The position numbers and the translations under genes were made by a program. The notes under the pieces are model-generated. The model did no database searches and was not told the DNA's origin. It saw only the letters and a program-made list of their open reading frames with translations. This document shows, piece by piece, positions 26,221-38,025 of a stretch of DNA of 64,000 nucleotides (positions within the stretch are counted from its first letter, which is position 1; every line of letters starts with the position of its first letter). Source of the DNA: Octopus vulgaris (taxonomy: Eukaryota); assembly GCA_951406725.2 (NCBI GenBank), contig OX597825.1, positions 46,624,001 to 46,688,000 on the forward strand, read 5' to 3'.

Positions 26221-26281
26221 GTGATACGCGCGCACTGCAGTTTCTGGGTGGTGTAACCGTCATCACCGCACGACAATCACC
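26221..26281 (-). ncRNA. Second hammerhead copy of the retrozyme, core mutated
   Basis: GTGATGA instead of CTGATGA and GTG instead of GTC at the cleavage triplet; stem I CGTGCG/CGCGCG and GTGAT/ATCAC retained. Confidence 0.65.
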
Positions 26282-26846
26282 GGTTTTTGATTGACGAAAG
26301 CCACTGGAAAAAGGATATATGTATTTGCATTGGAACCCCTCCATTGAAAACTGGTGATTGTCGTACTCAGAAACTGCAGTCCGTGTGTATCACTTAGGTT
26401 GACGAGGGAGGGATGACCTCCCTTTGCAAATACCGATAGGGCACAGAAAGTGTGCCTATAGCCAGCTGGAGAAGATGTTCTCCAGGGGCTACAAGCTACA
26501 GTAACGTCCACCCTTAGTGGTTAGCCATATTTAGATGGCAAATATACTTCCCATTAACTCAATAGCTTTATATCAATTAACCACATAGATGTTTTATAAA
26601 ATTTCTTCTGCTGTTGCTGCTTTAAATCAAATTGGTGGCAGAAGTGGGATTTTCTCCTAGGGTGTAATTTTTCTTCCAAGTCCTTTCTCCTGTATCAAAA
26701 ATTAAAAATAATGTTCTTTTCTTTGTTCAGTCAAACACAATTTTTCTAGCTGCTATGTATGTACTAAGTTTATTCTTAAACTATTTGACTGAAGTTTGTG
26801 TGAGCTTAGTCCATGTCTACTATTTTTTTGTATAGAATTATATTAT

Positions 26847-27013
26847 TGCAGTGTGGAAGGTGTTTATAAGCCAGCACGGAATTTTGTCAGTGAAATTTTG
26901 GCGTGGTCTCAAAGCGACAAAAATATTTTGGCAAATTAAATTTAAATGCTGAAGTGAATCTAACGGATTTTGTGTGTTTCTTAAATGGCTTATAAACACC
27001 TTCCACACTGCAA
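26847..27013. repeat. Short inverted repeat pair (MITE-like)
   Basis: ttgcagtgtggaaggtgtttataagcca ... tggcttataaacaccttccacactgcaa. Confidence 0.6.
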
Positions 27014-27676
27014 TTGTTTTCGTTCCAGCACATGATCTCAGATCAGGTCACTTGCTATGCAAGTACATCTCTGTAATTATATTGTTATTTCATTGGTAAG
27101 ATTCATCTTTTGTTTCTATATTCCTTAACATGACTTGACTTGTAAGTTTCCTTTATAACTAGGCTTGTGTGACTGGTTGTCATCTTATTCTCATCTCTTA
27201 TCCTGAGAAAAGCTTCAGCCTTCTGCATTCATTACAATTAATAATTATCTTTAGTCCTGGCCCTTGCTTGAATGATTTTGTACATAAAAATTGGTATTCA
27301 GCAGACCAATCATTCTGAGAGATTTATAGTTAGCTTTATTCTATTCTCATCATGCACCCCTAATTAGATGCTTCAACTTACACAGTTGACACACAGACAA
27401 CATTAATATTGGTGCTAATCTCTTGTATTGGACATTTTAGTCCACACAGTAGGGCGCACACTCTCCTACCCTGATGTAATCTCCAGGGATACAGGCATCC
27501 AGCAACAGGACCTCTGTAATGCTATGATGGACCGTAAAGTCTGGCGTAACATAGTAAATTCCATTGTCTCGACCACGGTCGAATGGTCGAAGCTTCACTT
27601 ATCGTTCATGTTCTTTTAACAGTTTTTCAAAGCAGTAGCAATAATTTAGTTGATGCTACCATGAAGTCAATGTGAA

Positions 27677-27995
27677 GGTGCATGACTCAGTGGTTTGAGC
27701 ATCGAGTTTACAATCGTGAGGTTGTGAGTTTGAATCCCGGACCTGGCTGAATGTTGTGTTCTTGAGCTAGACATTTTATTTCATGTTGCTCCATTTCACT
27801 CAGCTGTAGAAATGAGTTGCGACCTCACAGGTGCCAAACTGTATTGGCCTTTGCCTTTCCCTTGGATAACACTGGTGGCATGGAGATGGGAGGCCAGTAT
27901 GCATGGGCAACTGCTGGTCTTCCATAAACAACCTTGCCTAGGAGCGTAACTTTCTAGGTGCAATCCCATGGTCAGTCATGACTGAAGGGGGTCTC
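27677..27995 (+). mobile_element. tRNA-derived SINE (second family)
   Basis: ggtgcatgactcagtggtttgagc...gagtttgaatccc A/B boxes followed by SINE core-like gttgctcca-ttcactcagctgtagaaatgagt. Confidence 0.65.
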
Positions 27996-30606
27996 AAAAA
28001 TCAACACGGATTCAGATCACAGGCTCAGCAGTGCATGCAGATGAATTCTGCTTCTGAATTTTCTTCATCCCATGCAAGGAAACTCTCTAAGCAGCCAGAA
28101 GATGCAACAAATTTGCCAAATCCTAATATAAACATCCACTTACTTAATGTGGATTACAGAATGTCAAAAATGACTTTAATTGATACAGGGGTTCAGGTTC
28201 CTATATTGCCTTTAATTTTTTTCCTTTTCTTTTGGTTGGGGAAGAAAATTATCCTCATCTTTTAACATCCTTGTTCTATGCTGGCATATGATAGACAATT
28301 TCTATAGGTGGATGTCCTTCATAATGCCAACCACTTTGAAGAGTGTGTGGAAAGCTTATTTTTGTAGCATCAGTACTAGTGAGATTAACATACAGCTTGC
28401 AAGACTAAGATCTTCTTTGACTGAGTGGAGCTAGGGTAGAGAGGGAGTCTGCTTTCTGCTAGGAGATGAAAGAAGGAGTCACAAGAGAATGTCTTTCTTG
28501 TTGTAGAAGGGCTACATAGCTACTCACATAGATGAGTGAGTGGAAGTAACTTGGTTAGAGTAAGAAAAAGAGGTAAAATAGTATTGTTGAAGTGTCATGG
28601 TGGACTTTCAATGAACAAGAAGGCGAACAGAAATGCATGAAGTGAGAACAAGAAGTAGTTGGATAGAGCTTGCAAGAGAATGAGAGATAGTTAGAGATGG
28701 AGAATGGGAAAAGAAAAATATAATGAATAAAGAACAAAGGTTTCAGGGGTGGTCTATGATAAATATACTTTGGAGAGAAAGTATTGAAGTGATGATTGAC
28801 AATACAGAATATGATGAAGAGAAGTAGAATAGTAACAGTAATACAGTAGACAGGAAGGATGAGAGAGGAGTGTGGGTGGGTGGGTTGCAAGAGCATGATG
28901 GGAAAGAAGGCAAACAGTGCATGGAGAGAGTGAGAGATGTCTGGTAGTAAAGAAAGATAGATAATTTGGTGGCACAGAAGATTAATCAATGTAAAATGTG
29001 AGAGAAGAGGGAAAATATTAAAAATAAAGGATGGATTTAAGTGAAATAGTTCCAGGTAGTGAGAAAGATAATTAACATTAAAGAAAGTGACAATGAAATA
29101 TACAGTTCTGCTTTCATTTAACATCAGTTGCTGTATACTACAGTAGGGCAAGTGATGGTAATGATGACTGATGATTAATAGCTTGAGGAGAAAATTCAGC
29201 TGGGGCCCCAGTTGTGTGTGTGACATACATACATACATACATACATACATGCATGCATATATGCAGGTTGTTCAGATTAAATTTGATGATAATTTATGTC
29301 TCCTCTTTTCAGGAACAGCTTGATGTATTAGTGAATAGTTAATGACATTGGAGAGCAATAACAAAGTTGTAGTTGAGAAAAAGTTGGCTAACATGGAGGA
29401 CTAGAAGTCATCTAAATATTAGAAGAGTTACTTGTATCATGATGGTTCATGCTGGGTATTAAAATAGGAACATTATAAGTGTAGTTCAATGTTCTGTGAG
29501 CACTGTAAGGGCCATGTGATGCAACATGGATAATCTTTATCTTTATCTTTATCTAGTTTCAGCTCATGAGTTGTGGCCATGCTAGAAATTTTTAGAATTT
29601 ACTATATAAAAATGACATTTGAAAAAATTGTGTTTCTTTTGTGGTTCAATGTATTTAGCTTGTGAGATAGAGAGTTTAGAGGCTCCATTTGAGAATTAAT
29701 TCAGGTGAGCCTGGTAATGGCACTTAAAATCAATGGTTCTGCCAATGTAAACCCTAGTCTGGTGGGAATGTGGGGTGATTACTTGACATTTATATATGAC
29801 GTTATAGAGTAAATGAAATCCATCTAACAGACATAGTTGGAAAACTTGAAAATTTCAGGTTTTCCTACCAGGCTTAGAATTAATTCCCATTCTGTGCTGA
29901 TTTTTATGACCAGTTATCTTCAATGTAGGACCAGAGGTGTTACCATTACTTGTATGGGATTGGGAGAGGACATCACCACTTCTGATGTGTTAGGGGTTGG
30001 TGAAGTCATAGAAATTATTTGACAACCACTTCTGCCTTTTTCTAGAAATATGGCAAAGAGCTGTATCCTGCTGCCACACATTAGGCCTTCCAGCAGCAAT
30101 CTCTCAAGTCATGGTTTGCCCAGAATCTCCAGCAGCTTCACATAGCCATCTGATTTGAACCTAAGGCCCTGTTAAAAGTTATAGGGAAGCATTTTCACTG
30201 GAGACACATTTGGGGATGAACTTGGTTTTCATGCTGTTCATGTCAATTCTAGAATTGAAGCATAAGTGTAACTATGATGTTTTAGTGATCTGATGAGCTA
30301 GCTTTTTTTATCTGCTCTGATTTACAAATGTATAATTCTATTGTATAATGTGTGGCATGCATTTAAGTGCAGACATGTAAAATTATTTATCATATACTGA
30401 AATTATTATTACATGATGAAAGCTCACATGTTACTTCAAGTCTTTTGTATAGAAATAGGTTCTGATGCATACATTTTTGTGCATTGCAGCCAAAAGAGGC
30501 TTTGTAGAAGAAGAAAAATCGTATTTAACTAACCAATTTCTAATCTGCTAATCAAAGTTCAGTAAGGATTATATGATGAATTAAATGAATGAATACACGT
30601 TATAGT

Positions 30607-31190
30607 CATCATCATCATCATTGTTTAAAGTTCATTTTCCATGCTACTGGTATGGGAGCCAGTCAGAGGTCATTGACATCGGCTACATTTGGATGGTGCT
30701 TTTTATGTGCCACCAGCACAAGGGCCAGTCAGGCAGTCCTGGCATCGATCACATTTAGATAGTGCATTTTATGTGTCACCAGTACAGGAGCCAGGAGCCA
30801 GGAGCCAGTCAAGGAGCACTGGCATCGGCCACATTCAGATGGTGCTTTTTACGTGCGACCAGTACAGGAGCCAGTCAGGTGGACTTGGCATCAACTACAT
30901 TCGGATGGTGCTTTTTATGTGCCACTGACACAGGGGCCAGTCAGGGGGCACTGGGATTGACCATGTTCAGATGATGTATTTTATGTGCCACTGGAACGGG
31001 AGCCAGTCAAGGGGCAATAGCCACAGCTACGATTTTGGTTTTACTTAACTCAACATGTCTTCTCAAGCATATCATATCGTCCGATGCATCAAGGGTACTT
31101 TTAAATAGGCCGGACACACAACACTGGCATCGGCCATGGCTGCAATCTCACTTTAGTTGCCGGGTCTTCTTAATCACAGTCTCCTGTCAT
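30607..31190 (-). mobile_element. RTE-associated SINE/3' UTR with (CAT)n tail and internal ~60-bp minisatellite
   Basis: (cat)n-gttta...ttccatgcta end; repeated atggtgcttttatgtgccac..gccagtcag units; related copies near 5623, 14640, 42062, 49756 and 58995. Confidence 0.7.
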
Positions 31191-32260
31191 TGCCTCTGTG
31201 AGGCCCAACATTTGAAGGTCCTGCTTCACCGCCTCATCGCATGTCTTCCTGGGTCTACCTCTTCCAAAGGTTTCTTCCACATTTAGGGTGTAGCACTTTC
31301 TCAACAGCTGTCCTCATCCATACATAACACATGACCATACCAGTGCAGTCATTTCTCTTGCATGCCACATTTGATGCTTCTAGTGTCAAACTTTTCTCTC
31401 AGGGTGCTCACACTCTGTTGTGTATGCACACTGACATTACACATCCAGTGGATCATACAAGCTTCATTTCTTTCAAGACTATGCATGTCCTCAGCAGTTA
31501 TTGCCTATGTTTCACAGTCGTGTAGCATGGCAGTTTGCACACATGCATCATACAGTCTACCTGTCATCCTAAGCAAGAGGCCCTTAGTTGCCAGCAGAGG
31601 TAGGAGCTCTTTGAACTTTGCTCAGATTATTCTTATTCTAGCAGCTACACTTTCAGAGCAACCCCCCCCCCCCACTACAGACTTGGTCGCCTAGATAGCA
31701 AAAGTTATCAACTACTTCTAGTTCTTCCTTCTGGCATGTGATGGAATCTGTTTTCTGCACATCTTCAATGTTTATTGCCCCAGTGCCTCCGCCACACATA
31801 AAAATTATCTTTCCAGTTAACCTTCCTTTGATATTGCTGCACCTTTTATGTGTCCATAGCTTACACCGGGTTCATCATATGGAGTTTTTACACATGCCTT
31901 TTCTACAGATTGAGCAGGGCCTTCTACCTGAAGGGGTTTGTGATTTGTCAGCCTTTCTACTTACTAAGACTTTGGTTTTTGCTAGGTTAACCCTAAAGCC
32001 CTTCAATTCTAGACCTTGCTTCCACACTCTAAACTTCATCTCTAGTTGTGGCAGTGACTCGGCTATTAGAGCAAGGTCATCAGCATAGAGGGGCAGCCTG
32101 TCTTGAATTCCTCTGTTATTGCCTGGAGGACTATAATGAATAAGAAGGGTCTGAGACTGATCCTTGGTGAACCCCAACTTCTGCCCGGAATACTTCAATA
32201 TACTTGTTGCCAACCCTCATCTTACTGACAGCATGCATCCTGTATACTGACATTACTGAC
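31190..32260 (-). mobile_element. Degraded RTE-clade LINE (RT C-terminal part)
   Basis: VGVHQGSV, LYADDLALIAES, GFRVNLAKTKV in ORFs 32131-32352 and 31875-32213. Confidence 0.85.
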
Positions 32261-32279
32261 ATATACCTTACTGACATAT

Positions 32280-32320
<41 letters not shown>

Positions 32321-33483
32321 TCAGTGAAATTCCAACTTTGTCTGGTTTTCATGTTTTATTTACAATCTCATAATAATATAATAGAAGATAATATAATATA
32401 ATGAAATGATAGAATATTAAATGTCCATTCTGATTGAACTAGATGTTTCATGCATTAAACTATGTAATCTTCTGGCTCACATAGTAGTGTTGATAGTTAT
32501 GTTTTACAATTTACAACTGTAGTAAGATGGCAAAAATGTTTGTCTTAAATACATTTGTATAGTCTCAAGTATGTTGAGTTTTGCAAACTGTATTACTTCA
32601 GATGATAGGTGTTTGGTTTAGGTATCACAGTTTATATATGGTTTGTCTTCTCTTTGCTTCATGTACTATGAAACTTTGTAATCTCTCTTGAAATATATCT
32701 TTAATATTATTGTTGAATGATAATAATAATGCTTATTTTGTTGCCTCTTACTAAAATTAATATGTACATTTATAATCATATTTTTAAATACACTTTTTTC
32801 CTATATACAGTATGCAGTTTCCTCTATGTCTAACTATTTAGAATCTATAATAAAAAATTAATTTTTCGTATTTTACTTATCTATGGGATTTGTGTATTAT
32901 ATTATCCTACCATTCTACGATTATTTTATTATCATTATTCTTATGCTCTAAATATACCCTTTACTTGTTATTATACTGTATCCTGTTATATTGCATTATT
33001 TCTTTTATCTTACTTACATTGTAATATTTCTAACCATTTTTCAATTTTTTAAAATTATTTCTATAATTACTATATGATATTTATTATTATTATATTATAT
33101 TTTTTCTGATTTATATTAAATTTTTGCCAGTTCCATTTTTATTAGTATCCAAATTCCTTCATGATGATCCCCACTCTTTTTATTGTAACCTCTCATTTCC
33201 CCTTTAATTTCCATCTATTATAATCTCTCTCTTACTATTATCCCTTTGCTTTCATATAATGGTGTTATGGTATGCTATTAATTGTATACTTTTTTTATTT
33301 AACTATTAACATGATGAATATCATCCTTATTTCTCCCTTTCCACCCTATAGTAGAATTCTAGTCTTTATTTTTTCCTTTAACCCTATATGTCTAGTTGAA
33401 TAAGTAGAATTATCTCTTTCTTAATTGTGGAGAGGAGATGTTCGGCTGTCTGTCCCCCTACCTCTTCAAGACTATAAATCTTA

Positions 33484-36400
33484 TCATCATCATTGTTCGA
33501 CCGTGGTCGAGACAATGGAATTTACTATGTTACGCCAGACTTCACGGTCCATCATAGCATTATGGAGGTCCTGTTGCTGGATGCCTGTATCCCTGGAGAT
33601 TACATCAGGATAGGAGAGTGTGCGTCCTCTGGTATTGCGAGTAGATGGCTTCCAGAGGAGAAGAGTAGAAATTACTTCTTTTTCAGCTCTACAACAATGT
33701 CCAGCAAACTGGACTCTCCTACCTTTCACAAGAGATGACACAGGTGGTAGTTTCCCATATATTTGCATTTTGGTTGGATGGCGCTTCCACGAGAGATTTT
33801 GAGCTCTCATAAGGAGGCGAGTGTAGGTTCCATCCAACCGCCTCTCAAGCTTCTTATAGTAGCCATATAGTAGAATTGGTTCGACTGTGGCTTTGAATAT
33901 TTCAAGTTTGAAGTCTCTACTTAGATTTGATGACCAGATCTTATGCATGTCATTACAGGCTGACCAGGCCATACCCTTTCTAGTTAGAAAGTCTTTTCCA
34001 GATGATGATATGTATGACCCAAGATATTTATAATCAGAAACCATATTTAAAGGCGCACTGTTGAGAGTATGGATGATGCAATCACTGTTGGACAGGCACT
34101 TGTTTATGTATTCAGTTTTGGCCTCATTGAGGTAAAGACCTACACAATTTGAGACTTGTTCAAGAGATTGTAAAAGAGACTGGGCATTGGAGAGAGAATC
34201 ACTGATAAGAGCGATGTCGTCAGCAAAGTCAGTGTCTGTCAAGTACTCAGCTGGGTGTCTGGAACTTCTTCTTGGTTTTATTTCAAAGCCCTTGCCAGAG
34301 ATGGTATCAACTGACATACATAGCACATAATCAACAACAATGATGAAAAGAAATGGGGCGAGTGTGTCTCCCTGCAGTATTCCGGCTTTGATTGAGAAAG
34401 ATGATGTTTCTCCATCAGGGGTTAAGATGGTTGGAGACGTATCTGTGTAGAGGACCTTGATGGCAGAAATAATTTTGTCTGGTATCCCATAGAGCTTAAG
34501 GATTTCAAACATCTTGTACCTATCTACAGAGTCGAACGCTTTAGAAAAGTCTACAAATACCATTGCAAGATCGCGATGAAATGCTTTTGATTCTTCAATA
34601 AGTCTGCGCAGGCATAGTATCTGGCTCAGCGTTGAGCGCCCATGTCTGAATCCATTTTGGTTCTTTCGGAGCAAAGGTTCAACAAAAAGGACAAGACGAT
34701 TTAGGATCAGTTTGTTGTACAGTTTTGCAGCAATTGACATTAGAGATATACCCCTATAGTTGGTTACGAGGGATAAATCGCCTTTTTTGGGTATTGGAAT
34801 GATTTGAGATTGGTGCCAAATCTTTGGAGCGACAAAGGTGGAAAGTGCGTGGTTCCAGAGGTTGAGCAAAAGTGTGTGAAATTTATCATCCTTCCAAATT
34901 ACAGCTGGGATGTTGTCGGGACCAAATGCTTTCGAGGCTTTTAGTTGCTTGGTGGCTGCTGTTAGTTCAAATATGGTAAAAGGGGAGGTGTTGATGTCCA
35001 GCGTGTCTGATATAGGCACACTTGGAAGAGTGGGGTTATCAGGGATTTTGGCATTCTTCTCAAGGAGGTTTTTAAAATGGGTTGACCAATTTTCTAAACG
35101 CTTCTTAGCTGATCCCCCTTTAATTCTAATTGATGACCCAGAATTTTTGCCTGATAGGTCTTTGATGGATTTCCAGGCGAGATGGTGTTTTTTACTAATG
35201 TGCTCTTTCGATAGTTTACTAATTTTGCCATTGATAAATTCGACCTCGGCGTTCAAGTAAGCCTCATCAAGATTCCTCCTGGCAGCTATGAGTTGGATCT
35301 TCAGTGACTGGGATGGAGAACGGTGGTAAGCTAGTGATATAGACTTTATATGGTTTCTGGCTTCAATGACATTTGGGGAATTAGAAGGTTTGCTCTGGCC
35401 CCTACTCTTCTTTTTGGGAAGAGTAGCCAGTGCAACTTCCTCTGTTGATTTGATGAGGCTGCTGTATACTTCTTCAATGTTCTCAGCATCTATTTCAGAA
35501 GTAGACAGAGATTGAAATGTGTTATAGACCTCAATAGTAAATTGTTTGGACATATCGGGGTTAGATAAGACTTCCTCCCAGTCGATCATTTTGATCGGGT
35601 GAGGCTTAGTTTTTTTGGATGAGCGAAGACTAAGCTTAACGGTAGCTGATACAATTCTGTGGTCAGAGCCGACAGAACTAAAGGAAGAGTAGGATCTCGA
35701 GTCTTTAACACTATTGCGCCATTTCTTTCGAAAGATGAGGTAGTCAATTTGTGCCCTATCACCAAGTGGGGACTCAAATGTCCAAAGTTGACGTTTTGGT
35801 TTCATAAAAGAATTGTTGGAGGTGTAGAGATTAAATTCCTCCAAGAAGTCTTTGAGCATTTCTCTGTTCCGATTAGTTTTAGAGTTGAAAGTAAACTTGG
35901 TCTCATCGGGTCCTAGTCTAGCATTCAGATCACCAGCTATAACTAGAAAATTATGGAGAGGTACTTGCTCAATGGTTGAACGAAGGGTTGTATAAAAATT
36001 TTCAATTTCGTCTGCCACAGACGAATTATGTGGGCTATACACACATACCAATGTTGTTTTGGGGTTTCCATCTATCTCAAGTACCATAATTCTAGGTGAG
36101 ATTGACTCTATACTCAAGAGAGTATCACTAGCTTTTGATGAAAGTAGAAATCCGATACCTCCAACTGTTGAATTAACAGTATTCTTTGATGCTAAGGAGA
36201 TTACAAGTTGATAAGAACCGACTTGATGGTATTTGAGGATGTTGTCAGGGTGGTAAAATCGGTGTTCTTGGACAGCTATTATATCAATGCCATGTGATTC
36301 TGCATTTGCACCAAGTTCTTCTAGACGGCCAAGAGAGCTGAGGGTGCGGGCATTGAGGGTGCTGAGTATCGTATGATTTTTACAGCTGATGAGGTGTTTG

Positions 36401-36771
36401 TTTGGTGTTGTTTGGTTGGGAGCTGACTCTTCTCCATCAGGTGATACCCGTCTGTTAAGATTGAGGGCATCACCGTCAATGGATGCCCTTGGAGGTGCAA
36501 CATGATCAGAGACAGGACCCGGCAAAGCAGGGGCTGGACCTACATCCGCAGGTATACCATTAGGTCTGGTTCCCTGGGGAAGAGGAACCCTGGTGCAGTT
36601 AATTGTAAATTCCATAGTCTTTTCAAATGGCTAATAATGTGTGCGCGCACCACTACTACACACATTGGAAAGCAATGTACAACCAAGTACTAAAAAAGAT
36701 CTTTCCTCCTCCATGAAACAAAGCTGTTCCCGCTGGACGTCAACCAGTATTTCTAAGCTACGGACCGAGTG
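33484..36771 (-). mobile_element. Near-intact full-length RTE-clade LINE
   Basis: 10-bp TSD ataaatctta (33474-33483, 36772-36781); (TGA)n tail; single 1041-aa ORF. Confidence 0.95.
33490..36615 (-). CDS. APE endonuclease plus reverse transcriptase of RTE LINE
   Basis: TLNARTL, AVQEHR, GDLNAR, IDY, SDH (APE); NYRGISL, DFSKAFDS, GILQGDTLAP, FADD, YKYLG (RT); no internal stop. Confidence 0.97.
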   Translation of the reverse strand: MEFTINCTRVPLPQGTRPNGIPADVGPAPALPGPVSDHVAPPRASIDGDALNLNRRVSPDGEESAPNQTTPNKHLISCKNHTILSTLNARTLSSLGRLEELGANAESHGIDIIAVQEHRFYHPDNILKYHQVGSYQLVISLASKNTVNSTVGGIGFLLSSKASDTLLSIESISPRIMVLEIDGNPKTTLVCVYSPHNSSVADEIENFYTTLRSTIEQVPLHNFLVIAGDLNARLGPDETKFTFNSKTNRNREMLKDFLEEFNLYTSNNSFMKPKRQLWTFESPLGDRAQIDYLIFRKKWRNSVKDSRSYSSFSSVGSDHRIVSATVKLSLRSSKKTKPHPIKMIDWEEVLSNPDMSKQFTIEVYNTFQSLSTSEIDAENIEEVYSSLIKSTEEVALATLPKKKSRGQSKPSNSPNVIEARNHIKSISLAYHRSPSQSLKIQLIAARRNLDEAYLNAEVEFINGKISKLSKEHISKKHHLAWKSIKDLSGKNSGSSIRIKGGSAKKRLENWSTHFKNLLEKNAKIPDNPTLPSVPISDTLDINTSPFTIFELTAATKQLKASKAFGPDNIPAVIWKDDKFHTLLLNLWNHALSTFVAPKIWHQSQIIPIPKKGDLSLVTNYRGISLMSIAAKLYNKLILNRLVLFVEPLLRKNQNGFRHGRSTLSQILCLRRLIEESKAFHRDLAMVFVDFSKAFDSVDRYKMFEILKLYGIPDKIISAIKVLYTDTSPTILTPDGETSSFSIKAGILQGDTLAPFLFIIVVDYVLCMSVDTISGKGFEIKPRRSSRHPAEYLTDTDFADDIALISDSLSNAQSLLQSLEQVSNCVGLYLNEAKTEYINKCLSNSDCIIHTLNSAPLNMVSDYKYLGSYISSSGKDFLTRKGMAWSACNDMHKIWSSNLSRDFKLEIFKATVEPILLYGYYKKLERRLDGTYTRLLMRAQNLSWKRHPTKMQIYGKLPPVSSLVKGRRVQFAGHCCRAEKEVISTLLLWKPSTRNTRGRTLSYPDVISRDTGIQQQDLHNAMMDREVWRNIVNSIVSTTVEQ

Positions 36772-37853
36772 ATAAATCTTAAATACACCCTTTACACATA
36801 TATAAAAGCACTTCTTAATTTGTTTTGTTTTGATTTGGCAAAATCATTGTGACCAGTGATGATCATGGAATCACAGAATATGTACATACTCTTACTCTTT
36901 ACTCTTTTACTTGTTTCAGTCATTTGACTGCGGCCATGCTGGAGCACCACCTTTAATCGAGCAACTCGACCTCGGGACTTATTCTTTTGTAAGCCCAGTA
37001 CTTATTCTATCGGTCTCTTTTGCCGAACCGCTAAGTAACGGGGACATAAACACACCAGCATCGGTTGTCAAGCAATGCTAGGGGGACAAACACAGACACA
37101 CACACATATATATATATATACATATATACGACGGGCTTCTTTCAGTTTCTGTCTACCAAATCCACTCACAAGACATTGGTCGGCCTGGGGCTATAGCAGA
37201 AGACACTTGCCCAAGATGCCACGCAGTGGGACTGAACCCGGAACCATATGTGGTTGGTTAGCAAGCTACTTACCACACAGGCAATCCTTAACAGTATAGT
37301 TCATGTAGTCATTTGATGAAAACAGTTTTTTATAATGATATAATGTACTCATTGATCACTTAAAAGATCTGTAGGAAACAGCTGTAATGAATTGATACCT
37401 ATCCATTGTTTGTTATTTATTTATTTATTTATGATTCACCTGTCTTCTCACATCTTCTGAAGCATATTATGGACCATATATTTAATACAATGTGTGTTTC
37501 TTAATTTGCCCAATGGTCGATGATATACTCAGTTGGGTCCAATTAATTGTATACATAACCTGAATATCTTTCTTCCTGTACTTTGGTATCAATGTTTGTA
37601 TTCATCTATAGTTGCTGTATATACATTTCAATTTAAGCACCTGATTCGCCTGAATTGGCATTCTCTATGATAGATCACTAGCTACTACACATTCTTTATT
37701 TTTTCTCCTTGTTTCTTTCTGTGTTCCTTTCTTTGGAAGAGCGTAGGCTCAAAACGTTAAAAACTTTTTCAATTCCCAAGCATTATACTAATACATCTGT
37801 TTGTTGTCTACACCACTTGTCTTCATCTTTTGTTTTTTTTTTGTGAATTCTCC

Positions 37854-37888
<35 letters not shown>

Positions 37889-38025
37889 ATGCTTTCAGAG
37901 TCTCAGTTTCACCAAGATCTCCTCAAGCAACACATATTAGCAGTCACCCTAGTCTTTTGTTATCTCCTCTTTGAAGTTCAAGGTCCTGAGTTCAGCCTTC
38001 ACAACTATGTTCCATGTCTTTCTGG

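Larger units (their letters stand above)
20537..26551 (-). mobile_element. Composite retrozyme-like insertion: tandem ~352-bp hammerhead monomers plus inverted segment, carrying three nested ORF1-only retroelements
   Basis: 12-bp TSD cattaactcaat at 20525-20536 and 26552-26563; direct repeats 20538-20800 and 26017-26281; inverted copy about 26292-26551. Confidence 0.85.

Noticed and set aside
20537-26551. DIRS/Ngaro or LTR retrotransposon (split direct and inverted repeats around gag-like ORFs)
   Set aside because: No RT, RNase H, integrase or tyrosine recombinase; a 12-bp TSD and hammerhead-containing repeats do not fit those classes.
28555-29250. 231-aa ORF on - strand
   Set aside because: Arises from a purine-rich low-complexity tract starting in a microsatellite; no recognisable domain.
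30490-30561. Possible additional M13 exon (ttgcag...gtaagg)
   Set aside because: Stop codons in all three frames; exons 18481 and 39446 already join in phase with continuous homology.
36616-36771. Possible HDV-like ribozyme in the RTE 5' UTR
   Set aside because: I could not assemble the nested double pseudoknot by eye; unsupported without a descriptor search.
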